From Squalus acanthias (Eukaryota), in assembly GCA_030390025.1 (NCBI GenBank), contig CM059433.1, positions 4,402,001 through 4,466,000 of the forward strand: a stretch of 64,000 bases of DNA, read 5' to 3'. Positions 61,560 through 64,000 of this stretch are shown piece by piece. The position numbers and the translations under genes were made by a program. The notes beneath the pieces were generated by a model. That model saw only the letters and a program-made list of their open reading frames with translations. It was not told the DNA's origin and did not search any database. Position 1 is the first letter of the stretch. The number at the start of each line of letters is the position of its first letter.

Positions 61560-63349
61560 TATCTTTCTTGAAAGAGGAGTGAGGCAAGTTTTTTCACTGT
61601 CACCCGTTCTATTCTGTGTTGTTATCAATGATGTATGGTCTAAAAATGAATGTAGTTAAAGTGCCCGTTCCAGGCATTTCTAAAAAGATTGCAGTGCTCC
61701 TTTTTATGGAAAATATTGTGATGTTGGAGGATGCAGGATCAAGTCAACACCTTGAACAATGACCCAACTAGTGGGATCTGATGCCCAGAGTGCAGTATTA
61801 TGGTTTTTCATGTCTCAAGAGGAGATCTTGAAGTTATTGATTGGAATACACAAGGAGCAATTCTCCCAATTGTTCATCCATATCAGTATCTGGGAGTCCT
61901 ATTGGCTACCAAATTCAGCCTAGATATAGTATTGTGGGGTGAAGGGCACTTTGGCCTTTCTCATCTTTGTTCAATGACAACAAAGTCCCAAAGTAGGTTG
62001 TTTGCGGTCTAGAAGCATGTGCAAACAGTTCTCTTTCATGGTTCCTAAGCATTAAATTGGAATGGCTTCTTCTGGCCAATGTCAGTGATCCAGGACCAGG
62101 CTGTGAGGTAGATTTGTGGCCAAAGGAGGAAACGGCTGCAGAGAGGGTGGGCTCTGGTGTTCATTGACCTGTCACTGAGTACACTGGAGCCAGTCAGCCT
62201 CACAGCAGGCACACCTCTTTGCCAAAGGCCCTTACATGATGACCTGAATTAAGTAGTGGTGGTGAGTAAAAACCTGGTTCATGGCATTGGACTTGGATGT
62301 CCACCATGCAACTCATGAAGAGGGCTCAACCCTGCACTTATCAATTCTCTGGAGACTATCCACCTTGGAGGGAATTAAGTGATGTCTCTTTGGGGTTGAG
62401 GTGGCTCGAAGTTGACACAACTGGCAATAGAAGTGTAGAGCTAAGTCAAATTTCTGTGACAGACCAATACCTACACCAGGTAAGACCACAGTTCTGGTTC
62501 ACTAGTCGAAGCTGGAGAAATAGGCCTATCATTGGAGACTGGGACTCTTCGCACTCAGCCCCAGATAACTCTACAAGACAATGTCCCAATGGGTGGAGTG
62601 GTTCTGCCTGGACAACAGTGACGCATGTACCAGTGTTCTCTGTGGGGTAAACAGCTTCAGAATTACCCCTGTGGACACTTTGGGCTCCCTAAGTCTTGGC
62701 TTTACCAACTTGTGCCTAAGCTTTTCTGGAATTGAGTAAGTAGGATGAGTCTCTGTGTGCACTCCAAATACAAACTCTAACTGTGTGGATTTCTCAGTAG
62801 AATGCTTGAAGATTTTTAAACATGTAGGCAGAGACCCTCATCACATTTAAAAAGTGCTTGGATGAGCACTTGAAGAGCCGTAACCTACAGTGCTATGGAC
62901 CTAGTGCTGGAAGGTGGGATTAGGCTGGATAGCTCTTTTCTGACCGGCATGGACACGATGGGCTGAATGTGTCGTAATTTTTCTATGATTCTATGATGAT
63001 AGGTTTCCTCAATGTCAAACAACCATATGACCATTTGGAAGTCCCACTCCTTATTGCGATATAGTGATCTCTGCTGAAACATGCCCTCCTTGGGTAAAAA
63101 TGTCACATTGAGGCCCTAGAAAGGGAGAGTTAAATAAATAGTGATTCTTGGATTGTGGTTGCTATTTTATTACGGAGTGATTATTTGCACCGCATTTTTG
63201 GTTCTCTCTGTGCATACGCGCCCGTTGGGTACTGCGCATGGGCACTTGATCCAGGGTCGTGCATGCGCAGTACCCAATGGTGCGGCGGCCTAAACCGCCA
63301 TGCTTTCCTCGGCTCCGTGCAGAGAAGGTCAGGGGATTTGTTTGTGGCC

Positions 63350-63835
63350 GGGGGGAAGAGCGGATCGGAGGGGGCAGGAGAGGTTCGAGGGGGGAGGAGA
63401 GAATCGAGGGGGGAGGAGAGGATTGAGGGGGGAGGAGAGGATCGAGGGGGGAGGAGAGGATCGAGGGGGGAGAGAGGATCGGAGGGGGGAGAGAGAGGAT
63501 CAGAGGGGGGAGGAGAGGATCGGAGGGGGAGGGGGAGGAGAGGATCGAGGGGGGGAGGAGGAGCAAAGGGGGAGGAAAGGATCAAAGGGGGGAGAGAGGA
63601 TCGGAGGGGGGAGAGAGAGGATCGGAGGGGGGAGGAGAGGATCGAGGGGGGGAGGAGAGGATCGAGGGGGGGAGGAGAGGATCGAGGGGGGGAGGAGAGG
63701 ATCGAGGGGGGGAGGAGGAGCAAAGGGGGAGGAGAGGATCAAAGGGGGGAGAGAGGATCGGAGGGGGGAGAGAGAGGATCGGAGGGGGGAGGAGAGGATC
63801 GAGGGGGGGAGGAGAGGATCGAGGGGGGGAGGAGG
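63350..63835 (+). repeat. Purine-rich ~20-bp minisatellite (GGGGGGAGGAGAGGATCGA variants)
   Basis: Directly visible tandem array with recurring variant units containing GCAAAG/ATCAAAG. Confidence 0.92.
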
Positions 63836-64000
63836 TCAGGAGCTCAGGGTGGGGGGAGAGCACGGAGAGAACAGTGGGGATGGGGGAAGAACGTGATCCA
63901 GGTCTAAATGTGGGGGGGGGACGATAGCGAGAACATGATCCAGATGGGAAGACGGATCACGTTCTCCCCCCTCCGTTAGAAGTGGATCACGTTCTTCCAA

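Larger units (their letters stand above)
58620..62760 (+). mobile_element. Ancient degenerate non-LTR retrotransposon (RT plus C-terminal zinc-knuckle remnant), split by a Harbinger element
   Basis: Ordered motifs across frameshifts: AGVDGIHAEFKK, KGDPIEPKNYQGISLI, EQARF, then after 61560 RGVRQVFSLSPVLFCVVIND, YQYLGV and a CP..TVTH remnant. Confidence 0.65.

Noticed and set aside
63155..63907. Long Gly/Arg/Glu- and Pro/Ser/Leu-rich ORFs, also at 54735-55299
   Set aside because: Stop-free frames produced by tandem repeats; no evidence of coding function.

Overview
Repeat-dense vertebrate genomic DNA, almost certainly a cartilaginous fish (shark): it carries HE1-type V-SINEs, Deu-domain SINEs and abundant CR1 LINEs. 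The only host gene I can support is the 5' part of LPIN1 (lipin-1, phosphatidate phosphatase) on the minus strand. Three coding exons with canonical AG/GT boundaries lie at 32751-32942 (exon extends to 32951), 30003-30098 and 6344-6672. A candidate non-coding first exon/promoter sits near 42.2 kb, and its upstream ~790-bp block is tandemly duplicated. The rest is mostly nested transposable elements: CR1 (one near full length), L2, RTE, Tx1, an ancient LINE of unclear clade, PIF/Harbinger derivatives, Penelope-like fragments and SINEs. Most notable: (1) a very young Gypsy/Ty3 element (17502-21884; identical 165-bp LTRs, GAGGG TSD) with no tRNA primer-binding site but an 11-nt segment perfectly complementary to its own LTR, i.e. 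Tf1-like self-priming geometry in an element with no chromodomain, plus a non-canonical YLDN RT motif; (2) minimal hammerhead ribozyme motifs, including an 86-bp insertion with a 14-bp TSD that is little more than a hammerhead, and a back-to-back double-hammerhead palindrome. All calls were made by eye. Repeat boundaries are approximate unless TSD/TIR positions are quoted, and no database search was run.
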